Positions 29,216-41,300 of a stretch of DNA of 64,000 nucleotides are shown here, in pieces. A program made the position numbers and the translations under genes. Below the pieces are notes generated by a model that was not told the DNA's origin, did no database searches, and saw only the letters and a program-made list of their open reading frames with translations. Source of the stretch: a virus; the IMG/VR virus record IMGVR_UViG_3300033149_003588, positions 1-64,000 of that record; one strand, written 5' to 3'. How positions within the stretch are numbered: the first letter of the stretch is position 1; every line of letters starts with the position of its first letter.

Positions 29216-29840
29216 ACGGAATACATGATAAGATGGTATCAGTTTTGGATACTACTCTATAATGTCTACCAGTCTGCATTAACCAAATTACAGTACCGTT
29301 ACACACACCCATAGTAGTATCTAGATATATTTCTACACGGTCATTTTGTGATATAGCTATATCAATAACATGGAGAGGCGTAACAGCTTTATCAGTTTCA
29401 TCAATAACATTAACCTCTATACCATTATTTTGAATACCTGGCAAAATTGCTTGAATTTTTACATTACTATGCATAATGGCATGAGCATGTATCCTATCAA
29501 ACTCCCATTCGGACCCAAAACAAATATTGATATCATTATATGCTATAGTCTCATCAATAACATCGGCACTACCGCCAATAATTAGTCTGCGCGCCGAAGT
29601 AAACTCTACCACTGGGAAATCTGTCCTATATATTATCGTTGTATCTTCTGACGCTGATGGATAATCAGTACCATCAAAATAAAGAATTATATCTTCATAT
29701 GAGTCAACTACCGATAATCCCAAATGCGCGTTTAAATATGTATATGCTAGTGTTGTCGAAACATAATCTATTATATCAACACCATTAGCATCATGGCCTA
29801 TACATAGTATACAGTCGGTATCTTCGTAATGTAGACCCAT
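29205..29840 (-). CDS. Putative structural protein with YxDxD motifs
   Basis: 211 aa; N-terminus resembles that of 46405-48180. Confidence 0.55.
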   Translation of the reverse strand: MGLHYEDTDCILCIGHDANGVDIIDYVSTTLAYTYLNAHLGLSVVDSYEDIILYFDGTDYPSASEDTTIIYRTDFPVVEFTSARRLIIGGSADVIDETIAYNDINICFGSEWEFDRIHAHAIMHSNVKIQAILPGIQNNGIEVNVIDETDKAVTPLHVIDIAISQNDRVEIYLDTTMGVCNGTVIWLMQTGRHYRVVSKTDTILSCIPYDI

Positions 29841-29981
29841 TAGAATTTACTATTAATGTAATTAAATATATTTTGTACTACGACACAACATAATACAAAA
29901 TATACTCTTGTAGCATTCTATTATGTTTGTATATTAAACTTGCATTAAGCAAGATATATGGTAAGATATTTTGAGGTGCCA

Positions 29982-32900
29982 TCATAAAACATCACCATCT
30001 ATATCAACTAGTGATGTGCTTGAAAGCGCTGGGGTAGAAGCATCATTATATTGACGAAGAAAACTCATCGCATTCCAATTAAACAAACAGACACCAGCAT
30101 CTGTTCCCGTGGTTGCCACACCAATAATCCCATTTCTACTGTGTAACTCTGACCACCTGCTTCGAACATTATCAGCTGACATAATGGTATTGGATAATCT
30201 TACTTGATATGGCATCTTTTTGACATAACTAGACTCCCCTATCACATTGGTAGGACAATAATCAGTCTTAATACAGTGACCCAATGCTCCACCAGTACTA
30301 TTAAGTGCGCCAATACTGCTAATACTGGTACTATCAACTAATCGCCCATTGTGATATAATTTTATATCACCGGAACTATCCCAGGTAACGACAATATACA
30401 TTAACCCATACCCATATGACTCGGTTCCATTCCTAAATATGCCCCCATTATAAAGTCTATGCGTATTTAAAACCTCGAAATTACTATTATCTTTATAATA
30501 AATTACATATACCCTATGACCAATTAATGTACTATGTCCAGTTAAACTAGTTTCTACAGTACCAAACGGCATTAAACAATATATATTAACAGCCTTCGAT
30601 CCTAGCCTGAAAAGAGTCAGGAGTTGCTCAGTGCTATCATTGGCGATGTTAGATGCCCTCCTACCTATCCACTCAATAGATCCCGAAGACGGTATTGAAT
30701 AGCCAGATGGTATTATCCATTCTTCTTGAAAACAAATGCCACCCATACCATGTCTGGTTTTACTAATTTGTTTTACACTAGAACTACTAGACAAAGTAAG
30801 ATCAAGAGAATTGCCCGATTGGTCATGTATGGTATAAAAATATTTATCACTATCAGATACATAACGAGCCCCATCGAACCTCCATAAAGCCTGGGTATCT
30901 GTAGTATTGGGCAACACCCTTCTCATATTTGTAAACCGTGCATTATCTGACACTACAGAAGCCACAGGATTATCACCATCTATATCACCACACAACTCAG
31001 AATCAGTAACAGTAACATCATAGTTTTTAAGAATAATACCAGCCCCAATCATCCTATATGTTATACTTCTGGGCATAACCAGCGCCTTGTCAGTTTCAGA
31101 GGTTAATGTGAGTTCACTACTTTCCTCAATAAGAGTTATTCCGTCACTCTGATATATGGCTATTTTAAATGTAGTATCACTATATGTAATTTTAACAACA
31201 ATGCGATCACCACCATTATAAAATACCCAATCATTATATGCTGGCTCACTATCAACCCAGGTACCACTAGTAGCATTCCAATATCTCGTGGTGCCATCTG
31301 ATATTTTGTGATATATGCGCATATAATCATTCTTCTCATCAGCCCCGCTTCCATACCAACGAAGCTCAAAAACTGTAGAAAAATGTGTTGCCTGCGGCCA
31401 TAGATGATGACCAAGTCTAAGTTTCCGATCTCTATCTGAATACTGTGTGTCAATATCAAATGTAATTACACCACGCGTAGGAACAATGTAATAGCTAACA
31501 TTCCATTCATTCCATGGAAATGTTCTATTAGGGGCATCAGAATATATATATGGGCCATAATGCTCGCCATGCGAGCAAGCATGATTTAATTCTAATAATA
31601 TAACACCCTGGTCTGTCGATAACAATGCGCCAATAGAATTATATAAGTTTTCTATAGTGCAGATCTTATGTACATAAAATTTACCAACATTCGCTGGTAA
31701 CCACCCTATCTTCTGATATGCACCCATATGTTCTAAATAAGTCATTGTAAAATTATCAGCACTAATAGTATCATATGCATGCTTGTACCATATAATATTA
31801 AGATCTCGATGTTCAGCGGCTGTATCACCACCAAGAGCTATAATCATTATAGGAAGCATGGCAGCGTCAACTTTAAGAATATCAAAACCGCCAGATAAAT
31901 GAATGGCATCTATATGTGCGTCACCAGATATCGGAGTATATAAATTATTTTTAGAACTATAATTATTACCTGTAGTACGATCATTGGTTATAAGATCAAC
32001 ATACACATTACCAGCTGCAATGTATTCTATATTATCATATATTCTCATATGTATACATCTTATATGGGCATTACCAACAGTTACATCGTTATAGCTTGAC
32101 CAAGATATTGTATCATTCCTTTCACTAAAATCTGATGTAGTAGATTCTTGTTCAGAGGTACCTATTACAAAAAACGCGTCATTCCTCATATCAATAATGC
32201 GTATCCCACCAGTTTCTGTACCAATAGAAATTACTCCATTAGCTGCAGAAATACACTTCATGCCACCATCTAATACATAGTCAGAACCAGTTTCAAATCT
32301 CATCCACAAACTGTTATCTTGAGCATCAATAATATCAAGCCCACCACTAGACAAAATAAGAAACGCAACGGTCGGAAATACACCGGATATATTTTGCCAA
32401 CTAGCAATATCATCCGGAGAATCCTTTACACCATTTGTATATTTGAATCCATCGGAAGCATATCCAGAAAATTTATATCCACGAAACCCATATATGTAGT
32501 CTATATTAACTACTGAAGTAATCTCGGACCCCCACCCCTTCACACCTAATAATATATTATTCTCATTAGTTGCATCTGTAATCCATACAGTAGAGTCGCT
32601 AAGTATCTCCTCGCCATCCCTATATACCGTGACAACATGATTAACTTTATCAAAATCAATTCGGTATTCTGGCATTTCTGTGGGATAACAATCAGTGGAA
32701 ACAACATTAACACCAGTAGCACCATTAACGATTGATATCTTGCCCTCAGTCCATATAATATACACACACTTAGTACCACTGTAATATGCTAATCTAAATC
32801 CACCGCTATTATATGATGTTGGTTCATTAATATTAAGAGCAACAGCACGAAATTTTATAACTATTGAAAATAAATCTTGGTTTTCTAATAACTCTTTCTT

Positions 32901-33161
32901 AATACTAGCTTCGCCAGACTGTGCTGTAGTTAAATAATAATAGGAATCTTCTAAATATACATCACCATCACCAACCTTAGATATGGTCCAATACTCACTC
33001 GGATCTATGGTGCAATCGCATGTAAGCAAGTAAGGTCTATCACTATATGACATACTAGTAGGGTTGCCCCAAGCCTCCGATCTTATATCATAACTCTGAA
33101 CATCTATCACTGAATCGCTTACCAAATGACCACTAGCCACACTTAATTGTGCATTAGGCAT
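29982..33161 (-). CDS. Receptor-binding / tail fibre protein with a C-terminal LamG (ConA-like) domain
   Basis: ALWRFD...HDQSGN...YIVVTWD...LYHNG...VRLSN LamG signature; 1059 aa. Confidence 0.75.
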   Translation of the reverse strand: MPNAQLSVASGHLVSDSVIDVQSYDIRSEAWGNPTSMSYSDRPYLLTCDCTIDPSEYWTISKVGDGDVYLEDSYYYLTTAQSGEASIKKELLENQDLFSIVIKFRAVALNINEPTSYNSGGFRLAYYSGTKCVYIIWTEGKISIVNGATGVNVVSTDCYPTEMPEYRIDFDKVNHVVTVYRDGEEILSDSTVWITDATNENNILLGVKGWGSEITSVVNIDYIYGFRGYKFSGYASDGFKYTNGVKDSPDDIASWQNISGVFPTVAFLILSSGGLDIIDAQDNSLWMRFETGSDYVLDGGMKCISAANGVISIGTETGGIRIIDMRNDAFFVIGTSEQESTTSDFSERNDTISWSSYNDVTVGNAHIRCIHMRIYDNIEYIAAGNVYVDLITNDRTTGNNYSSKNNLYTPISGDAHIDAIHLSGGFDILKVDAAMLPIMIIALGGDTAAEHRDLNIIWYKHAYDTISADNFTMTYLEHMGAYQKIGWLPANVGKFYVHKICTIENLYNSIGALLSTDQGVILLELNHACSHGEHYGPYIYSDAPNRTFPWNEWNVSYYIVPTRGVITFDIDTQYSDRDRKLRLGHHLWPQATHFSTVFELRWYGSGADEKNDYMRIYHKISDGTTRYWNATSGTWVDSEPAYNDWVFYNGGDRIVVKITYSDTTFKIAIYQSDGITLIEESSELTLTSETDKALVMPRSITYRMIGAGIILKNYDVTVTDSELCGDIDGDNPVASVVSDNARFTNMRRVLPNTTDTQALWRFDGARYVSDSDKYFYTIHDQSGNSLDLTLSSSSSVKQISKTRHGMGGICFQEEWIIPSGYSIPSSGSIEWIGRRASNIANDSTEQLLTLFRLGSKAVNIYCLMPFGTVETSLTGHSTLIGHRVYVIYYKDNSNFEVLNTHRLYNGGIFRNGTESYGYGLMYIVVTWDSSGDIKLYHNGRLVDSTSISSIGALNSTGGALGHCIKTDYCPTNVIGESSYVKKMPYQVRLSNTIMSADNVRSRWSELHSRNGIIGVATTGTDAGVCLFNWNAMSFLRQYNDASTPALSSTSLVDIDGDVL

Positions 33162-33177
33162 ATTACAATCTCCTATT

Positions 33178-35295
33178 TTAACTAGCTACTACAGCCCAGC
33201 ATAATATTTTCGCTGTTTTATCACCTGCTGATATATCAGTAGCATGAAATCTTGTGTATAAATATGCATAGTCACCAGCTGCAACATTGGATAATGTTAA
33301 AGTAGTGCCAACTCCATACCATGTGCTCCCATCTGTAGAGATTTCTATACTATCATCAGCATCTGTATTATCATCCTTTATTATAGTGCAATAAATATCA
33401 GCCACATTAGCTGTATTATTATAAACTCTTACTGGCTCTGCCTCATTGGTTATCCCCACGTATGACTCATAAAGATAATTGACTGTGGTATATATATTTT
33501 GATCCACCGCAAACGCCATATTATATCTCAGTGTAATACAATCGGCATCATATATTCGGGTTGCATCGGAATCCACCAAACTACTTAGTATTCTTTGCAC
33601 AGTACCATATTCTCTGGTACTAAATGTAAACGTGTCACCAACAACCCATTCATTGGGAGCATCATAATATATAATGAATGTTATAGCACCATTATCATTA
33701 GTATACTCGATATTAGATGTGACCTCTGCAGTTTGTACGCCAGATATCGACCCTGTCACCCTAAACTTTGCTACATTAGCACCACCACCGACTATACATT
33801 CAACAGTCCAATCTTCAGTATCAACTAGCTCATTTTCTAATATTATATCTGACATATATCCACTGCCCACATTATCATCAGCAGCTACTGGCGATGTTGC
33901 AGTGGCCACCCTATCCATAGCTATGTCGACATCATTAATACCACGTATGGCTATATAATCGCCTGCCATAACCCTTAAGGGAGTGGCTAACTTGATAGAA
34001 TAGTCATAATATCCAACATGAGGTTCTATACTCTCAGTCATCGACCTACCTATTATATTAAGATAGTCACCCTCATCTCGTAATACAAAAACTTCAAATA
34101 TAGCAGATTCATGCACATGTGCATACATACCTATTCCATATATATAACCATTGGTTGATACAGGAATAGTGCGCTCGATCCATATATAATTATTAACATT
34201 GACACTATTTGATCTTGCTACTACGGCATTGCCAGCCAACACATTAAAATCTGATGGCTTAAATAATATATAGTCCTCGTCAGATAATATCTCGATCTCT
34301 GCTGGACTAATATTACGCGTAACGTCTCCATTTGATATCTCAATTTTTACATATTTGGCTCCCTGAGCAAGCTCAAAATCATACCTATATATATTAGCAG
34401 TAGCATCAACAAGTGACTCATTATAAGTAGAAAATTCTAGCCAGCTCGAATCATCATCAGATAGATAGACAGACAAATCACTCAGGTCATTCAATCTTTC
34501 ACAATATACTCTAATATCTGATAAATATGTAAAATTATCAAATTCTATGTGTGTTATTAATTGACCATGCTCTATACCGGTTAACCTCATGCCAACCTTA
34601 GTATTAGCATCACCATAGTCACCAGACCATATAGATGATTCAGTATCACTTTGTACATCCATGGAAATATAAATACCCAAATCAGTATTGTCAGGACAAC
34701 ATACAGACATGTGTTGTACTGTTGATGAATCAATATCACCAACTCGTGTTATATATAATCCTATGAGTACATCTGGATCTATAGCTCTATTTATATTAAA
34801 ATCTTGTAACTTTGTCTGTCCCTGGTATACTTTAACATGCCCAAGATCATCTTCAGCAATATAATGAATAGTACTACCATCTATTGTAAAATATTTAATT
34901 TTAACATTGATTTCTCTATATATTCCATCTGTATCCACAGATGCATACATATCTGCACCCACGAAATTACAAAACAAGGATAAAGTAACCTTCTTAAGAA
35001 TGCCATCAGATGAAGATATATAATCAGTAGCAGGTCCCAATATAAAGGTTTTATTTTTAGGGACTAAATTATTATCTGCTATACCATATATTGCCGGTGC
35101 GTCCCCTATAATGGGTGCTATTTCTACAGCGCCTACATCCACATCAATAGTTGTATTGGTAACAGCGTTATGTAGTGCATCAAGATCACTTTCTGATAAT
35201 GACGCACTACCCCCACCGTCTGTCCAAGTACCGGTCAATCCAATATTATAATTATTGCTCATATGCTTCCCCGCTATAACAAGCTTTTGGGACAA
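33178..35295 (-). CDS. Tail protein with a carbohydrate-binding-like domain
   Basis: VYLSDD...W...AKYVKIEI...EIEI discoidin-like pattern; EISTDGSTW. Confidence 0.65.
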   Translation of the reverse strand: MSQKLVIAGKHMSNNYNIGLTGTWTDGGGSASLSESDLDALHNAVTNTTIDVDVGAVEIAPIIGDAPAIYGIADNNLVPKNKTFILGPATDYISSSDGILKKVTLSLFCNFVGADMYASVDTDGIYREINVKIKYFTIDGSTIHYIAEDDLGHVKVYQGQTKLQDFNINRAIDPDVLIGLYITRVGDIDSSTVQHMSVCCPDNTDLGIYISMDVQSDTESSIWSGDYGDANTKVGMRLTGIEHGQLITHIEFDNFTYLSDIRVYCERLNDLSDLSVYLSDDDSSWLEFSTYNESLVDATANIYRYDFELAQGAKYVKIEISNGDVTRNISPAEIEILSDEDYILFKPSDFNVLAGNAVVARSNSVNVNNYIWIERTIPVSTNGYIYGIGMYAHVHESAIFEVFVLRDEGDYLNIIGRSMTESIEPHVGYYDYSIKLATPLRVMAGDYIAIRGINDVDIAMDRVATATSPVAADDNVGSGYMSDIILENELVDTEDWTVECIVGGGANVAKFRVTGSISGVQTAEVTSNIEYTNDNGAITFIIYYDAPNEWVVGDTFTFSTREYGTVQRILSSLVDSDATRIYDADCITLRYNMAFAVDQNIYTTVNYLYESYVGITNEAEPVRVYNNTANVADIYCTIIKDDNTDADDSIEISTDGSTWYGVGTTLTLSNVAAGDYAYLYTRFHATDISAGDKTAKILCWAVVAS

Positions 35296-35858
35296 CGTAA
35301 ATTCTTAAAATCGAACACTTCATGAGAAAGCTTCATCCTGAATATATTGTCAAGCATTATTAATATTTTATTACTAATAATATTGTGATATATTACAATA
35401 GAAGTTCCCCAATTATTAATTACCATCCCATATACTTGCGCACTGGGTTTATGTTCAGGGCACCCACCCACCAAATCTGCCTCGGCTTCATAATATCTCC
35501 ATATCTGATTAATTTCTTCATGTTTAGTAAGCCGTATAACATCAATGTCTTTAACAGATATGCGTAGCATATTGCTATCATTATCTATGGTCGTGGGTTC
35601 AGACGTGGGCCTAAATGTCATTACATCGGCCACAGTGCCATGAGTTACGATACCAAGTATTACATCGTCGTTATCTCTAACAAGTGTACCTGCTGCACCA
35701 TCAAACACTCTAAATCCGTGCTTTGATGGAATAATAATCTCTACCTTGTCATCTATATCAAATGATATACTTTCGATGTCTTGAATGGATTTAACATTGC
35801 CAGACCACCCATCTTCTTCCGTAATAATCGAGCCATCTTTCATATCAAGTTTCCACAT
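35274..35858 (-). CDS. Hypothetical protein
   Basis: 194 aa, SD AAGGAG. Confidence 0.7.
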   Translation of the reverse strand: MWKLDMKDGSIITEEDGWSGNVKSIQDIESISFDIDDKVEIIIPSKHGFRVFDGAAGTLVRDNDDVILGIVTHGTVADVMTFRPTSEPTTIDNDSNMLRISVKDIDVIRLTKHEEINQIWRYYEAEADLVGGCPEHKPSAQVYGMVINNWGTSIVIYHNIISNKILIMLDNIFRMKLSHEVFDFKNLRCPKSLL

Positions 35859-35882
35859 TACTTGTCTCTCCTTATAAGAATA

Positions 35883-36287
35883 TTATTTTAAACGACTAAA
35901 CGGCATCACTTCAGTCATCACAATCGGTTTCATGTCCTCATCAAACCAAGAATGAGAACGAAAAACCCAGCGATTTAGCACATACACTGTAAGAATAATT
36001 AGCGAATCGATGATAGGATTAATAACCCAACTTAGTGGCCAGCCAACTTTAATTACAGACATAACAATTGTCTTGGCCCACTTAAACTTGTCCTGTTTCA
36101 TAATAAGATCCTGGACCACACAGGCTTCTTCCACCTCAATAACAACTGATTTAATTAAATTAAATATTTCTATGACCCCATCCAAGAAACCGCGTATCGA
36201 ACGTATCTTGCCAACACCTTCGAATACCACCTTATATATATCGCAGATCTCTTTAAACCATTTTTCTAAAGCTTGTGCCCTGGTCAT
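35883..36287 (-). CDS. Hypothetical membrane-associated protein
   Basis: Hydrophobic C-terminal helices. Confidence 0.6.
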   Translation of the reverse strand: MTRAQALEKWFKEICDIYKVVFEGVGKIRSIRGFLDGVIEIFNLIKSVVIEVEEACVVQDLIMKQDKFKWAKTIVMSVIKVGWPLSWVINPIIDSLIILTVYVLNRWVFRSHSWFDEDMKPIVMTEVMPFSRLK

Positions 36288-36508
36288 GATTGCCCCTTCC
36301 TTTCAGCCCTTATAGATAATATGGTCTTTCTAAGTGATAGGGCTAGTTTTTTTATATTACCCAGTCCATTCCGAGCTCTAGTACTTGCTGCCCGGTTATT
36401 CTCATTAACATAGTCTATAGTATCATTAACTACTTCCTGCATTATTCTCGCCATCTCTTCAATACCATTCATTAACTCTTCTTCTAATTCTGTAATTTGA
36501 TTATCCAT
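36284..36508 (-). CDS. Histone H1-like (Hc1-family) small DNA-binding protein
   Basis: NRAASTRARNGLGNIKKLALSLRK matches the recalled Hc1-like NKAAxxRARK...LRK motif. Confidence 0.7.
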   Translation of the reverse strand: MDNQITELEEELMNGIEEMARIMQEVVNDTIDYVNENNRAASTRARNGLGNIKKLALSLRKTILSIRAERKGQS

Positions 36509-36531
36509 TTTTACTCCTTGATTATCATATA

Positions 36532-36747
36532 TTATTTCCTACACCCCTCACATCCTTTTTTACTTAATACATATGCTCTTACATTCATTATTTTTGCATT
36601 TATATCACGGAATAAAGCTATAGCGCGCGCTATCTGTACATTAGAATTATCAGATTTTGTCTCTATCGAGGGAATCAACAATCCCAGCTCATCAATAGAA
36701 GCTCTAATATTCTTTAGTATTTCCTGGTAATTACAAGTCATATACAC
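36532..36747 (-). CDS. Hypothetical protein
   Basis: 71 aa, C-terminal CEGC. Confidence 0.55.
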   Translation of the reverse strand: MYMTCNYQEILKNIRASIDELGLLIPSIETKSDNSNVQIARAIALFRDINAKIMNVRAYVLSKKGCEGCRK

Positions 36748-36750
36748 TGC

Positions 36751-37380
36751 CTATACCCATGTATAGCGGAATGTAAAACGACATTGATACTGTGCCGGTG
36801 GCAAATGCTCTCCCGTATAAAACACACATGCTAGTGTCTGTTCACCTGCGCTGCCAAATCCTGAGGATATCTCAAGATACTGGGTATCTCCCTGCATACT
36901 TTGCCATGTGTCTGATGTAACTTCTGCACCATCCTTACCATCTGTAGGTGATGGCTCACCCGCCCCACTACTAGACAATGACGCCTTTAAATAACTAGTA
37001 TTCTTCCCAATGCTTTCATTCCAAGTATCCTCAGTACCATTCAATAGGGCTGATTCGTGTGTTCTAGCCCCAGAATCATAGCAAGTAATTCTTGGAGCGC
37101 TTGCACATGCGCCGGACCATATCACTTTGAACATATTTACATTCGAATATGTTCCATAAGTATTTATACGATAGTAATCTCCACTAGACCCTATCCATAC
37201 TTCTTCTATCTCTGCAGTACCAGTTACGGGTCTCTGTTGATTTGGAATAGTTGTCATCCCAGACGTTCCACCTGTACCGCACAGTACAATGCGTTCACCT
37301 GAAGCACCCTCAATAGTTCTCCAGTTAGGAACATCTTCTGTACCAATATTACCCTGGACTGTTATAGTTGGTTGTGCCAT
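36751..37380 (-). CDS. Putative tail structural protein
   Basis: G/S/T-rich beta protein, SD AAGAGG. Confidence 0.6.
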   Translation of the reverse strand: MAQPTITVQGNIGTEDVPNWRTIEGASGERIVLCGTGGTSGMTTIPNQQRPVTGTAEIEEVWIGSSGDYYRINTYGTYSNVNMFKVIWSGACASAPRITCYDSGARTHESALLNGTEDTWNESIGKNTSYLKASLSSSGAGEPSPTDGKDGAEVTSDTWQSMQGDTQYLEISSGFGSAGEQTLACVFYTGEHLPPAQYQCRFTFRYTWV

Positions 37381-37436
37381 ATTTCCTCCTTATATTTTTA
37401 TACTATATATAGTTTGCATTTGATTTAATTACTATT

Positions 37437-38351
37437 TCAAACCTCATATCCCCAACACTTTATCCTAAATGACCGAGGATTTAATTCTACTGTTGCTGAA
37501 TCCGATATATTCGTCCTAATCCAAAAGAAAACCTCTCCACTGCTCGTTATAACACCCGTAGACTGTCCCACTTCTGTTATATTTTTCGTCGTATTCGAAT
37601 AAGCCAATGGCGTACCCTCTGAATCTAGTGCAGATTGTATATATTGATAACCATCTGCTATCGTAATTATTGCAATATCGTCATCCGTTACATTGCTCCC
37701 AAACGCAACACTAATACCACTAACAATATTGTCATACATAGTACCATCTAGTGCAGCATTTTCTTGCATCAAAAACCCATTTGAATATATATCTGCAGTA
37801 GCCGGGCTCCCTGGTGTATAATTATCTATTGTAATATTATATGTACCAGGTAATATTGTATCGGTAGGATCAATTATCCCAGCGACCAATTCCCCACTAG
37901 TCAGGTTCACATAATATGCGTCTGGCAATACTCTCAATTGGGCACCTATCACCGTACGGCTAGAATCGTTAAATACCTTTAATCTCAATCCATCGCCAGT
38001 ACCAGCAAGCACTAATCCTAAATCTAAATCCTCATGTACTACAATTTGTACCATATCACCATTACTAGCACCAGCATGAAATACCATATCAAAACACGCA
38101 ACTTCATTAATCGTTTCACTATCTATAATAATAGTAAATGCCCTCGCATCATGAGGATTATTATATGCATTAGGACATGATATAGTGGCAACGGCAGTAT
38201 CACCACTAACATTACTAATTGTTATATCATAAGTACCAGCCAGCAAATCTCCGCGGGCACCATTAATACAGGATATTGCTGGTGTGCCAACAGTATTAGT
38301 AAACGTTACTGTCTGTGTGTTGTTATCTATATCTTTAATAATTAATGGCAT
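37437..38351 (-). CDS. Putative distal tail protein
   Basis: Directly after the tape measure; internal duplication of (L/P)GTY(D/N)ITI. Confidence 0.55.
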   Translation of the reverse strand: MPLIIKDIDNNTQTVTFTNTVGTPAISCINGARGDLLAGTYDITISNVSGDTAVATISCPNAYNNPHDARAFTIIIDSETINEVACFDMVFHAGASNGDMVQIVVHEDLDLGLVLAGTGDGLRLKVFNDSSRTVIGAQLRVLPDAYYVNLTSGELVAGIIDPTDTILPGTYNITIDNYTPGSPATADIYSNGFLMQENAALDGTMYDNIVSGISVAFGSNVTDDDIAIITIADGYQYIQSALDSEGTPLAYSNTTKNITEVGQSTGVITSSGEVFFWIRTNISDSATVELNPRSFRIKCWGYEV

Positions 38352-38354
38352 ATC

Positions 38355-41300
38355 CTAGTCACCACTAATCGGTAAATTAGTTGTTGTTATATGTAACTCC
38401 GTAGCACCGAGTTGATTGCCTCGTTCATCTTTTAATATGATTTCTGCGGAGCCAGTAATATTTATATCATTTGTATATTGGGCAACAAGATTTTTCACTG
38501 CATTGGCTAATTCGATATTAGATTCAGATTGTTCAGATATTGAATGAATTAATTCAGGCATATCATTCAATTTATTTAATGCTTCTTCCCTGCCTATACC
38601 AATAGCAGGAGGAAGTTGCTTACGTATAGTCTGAGTGGCCTCATCAATTACCTTGCTCAATTTTTCAGCGGCCTCCCCAAATTTAATTCCTTCAGTAGCT
38701 TTTTTAAAAGCCTCACTAGTAAAAATATCTTGAAATACACCTATTGTTTTTTCTAAGCCTGGTATTACGTCGGCAAAGTGTTTTGCCGCCAAATCTAATG
38801 AATCTGCTACCGAGGCGCCTTGTGCAAACGCACCAGTTAATAGAAACGTTGCATCATGCATTTTATCTATGACGGGCTTGGCAACATCTTCATATACTGC
38901 GCGTAAATTAACTAGATATTGTGCTTGCTTGCCCAACTTAGTAGTACCAGTAATTTCAAGTATATCGGCAACTGCAAGCATGTCTCTTTTAATGTCATCC
39001 ATCGGCATCCCAAGCTCAAATCCGCGCTCATAAACCTCAGATAATGCAGACAATAATGATTGACCACGCTCAATTATATGTTCACCTAACATGGGGTCAC
39101 CAAATATATTTTTCTCCATTACCTCTCTGGCTCGATCCCCCATGGTAGCAAACTCTTTAATGGGAGTACCCATTATAGCTTCAAATGCTTGCCTTTTTTC
39201 TTCTAATTGCATTATTAATGTTTCATATTCATAGAATGGATCTTCAAAACCCGGGAACAACTTACCAGTAATATATCCCTTTGCCTTTCTAACAAGCCCT
39301 ATAATCTCGGCCATCGTATCATGCGTCTTAATAACAACAGTAAGTACTGCATTATAGGCATTAGCAAGTGTTTTCGCAGCCTCTGTTCGCTTTTTAGTTA
39401 TCTCGGCAAAGCTTTCTTCTGCCGCTCTGATTTCAGCTAATTTTTCTGATTCTTCATCTAAAAGTCGCCCACGTTCTGCTTCATGTTTTAAAACGTCATT
39501 CTGCCTATCAGCTATCGTTGCCACTTGCTTACCATATTTAACATAGCCCTGAACTATTTCTGCAACACTAATACCTATCTTCCCATGAGCTGTACCAACA
39601 TTTTGAAGCGCCTGTCCATGCTCTTCGTATATGCGTTTAAGTTCTCGTCCCATTGCTAAATTAGCTTTTTGCCTTCTGGTAATACCCATCCCTATCTGGC
39701 CCACCTCATGACTCGTATATGCAATCATAGCCTCATTATAATTAAAAAGCTTGGGATCTATGCCTCTTAAATTTTTATTCATACTTTCCCAAATGTCAGC
39801 CATCATTTTGGCATCGCGCTCAGAAAAATCTATGCCAAATTCAACACGACCCCAATCCTTGACAGCCCTGTGAAATTCATCATATGTAGCTTGAGCATCT
39901 TTTTCATCTATCTCTACTTCAGCATCAATCTCTAATTGTCTCTCTCTAATCCTCGATAAATCTTTGTGTAATTTTTCTATGGTCTCTGGTATACCCTTTA
40001 TCTCGTCCTTATAGGTTTTAAGAGTTATAATAGCACCAATAACCTCATCAACCCCAAGTGCTGCCATCCAATCTGATATTTTGGCACCGCTAAGCGCAGT
40101 TTGAATATTTTTTATCTCTGACGTAATGCTTCGCCAAAACTTCACCATTTGTGCTCTTTGCTTTGGAAGATCCAAATAAGTAAATAATGCAATTAGCGTC
40201 CGGGCTATTGTTTCTTGTTGTCTAAGGGACGATATCCCGGGCACATCATGAAGACTAACAAGTGCCCTTTGTAATATATTAATCTGGTTAACAGCTGTTC
40301 CAGTTACTATCCGGGGTTCAACCTCCATCATCTGCTCATACTCACGTTGAAATCCCTGAAATTGCATCGTAAACCTGCTAAATCCTAGCTTAAACTTTTC
40401 TGCGATATTGAAGCCACCCTGAAAAATCCCTCCCCTCTCTTGGCGTATTAATATATCATACATATCATCCATAGACTTGCCCAATACCTTAGAAGCAGCA
40501 ACTACTTTAGAAAATTCTTCGGGAGTCATCCCCATTAGTATTCTTCGTCTTTCTAAAGGAATAAGCTTCGTATCGCCTATCGTCTTCTTTAATACGGCTG
40601 CTTCTTCTTCGGCATTTTTAAATCCTCGCTTAACTGCAGCAAGGTCTTCTTTCATCTTTTTAATAGTGTCAGATTCTTTCTTGGAATAGTAACTCCATAT
40701 ACCAAAGGCAATGCGCAATGCAGCCATAAATATAACCATCTTGCCTAAAGACCATAATATAGCATTAAATGCTTTCACTACGCCCCAGGCACCAGTTGCA
40801 AGAATACCTAATGTACGTTTGAAATATTCCATGCCTTTACCCTTGGCAACATGGATCATCATTTGATCAACTTCTTGCCAGGCACTTACTATATTAGATA
40901 TCGGTTGCAAAAATTCCTTAGCAGCTGCTCTCATCTCCTGCATCGGTTTAATAGATTTTTGAGTAGCAACTCTAAGTTCTAACATTTTGTTTCTTACACC
41001 TTCAGCTGCCCTCCGAATATCCTCTTGGGCCTTGACAGGGTCATCAGCTGTTCTCTGTGCCTCTATCGCCTTATCATAGTCATCTATGGCTTCTGCCAAT
41101 GCTTTATAACCAACCTTGAATTCCGGACTAAGTTCACCTATAGCCTTAAATGCCGTATCAGTTACCATGGCACGTATATTACTTATAGTATCCTCAATCT
41201 TTATGAACCCTTTGGTATCTATACCCTCCCCAAGTCTGGTTATATATTTACCCATTAATTGATAATTAGTAGACGCACTAGTTATATTTTTAATAATATT

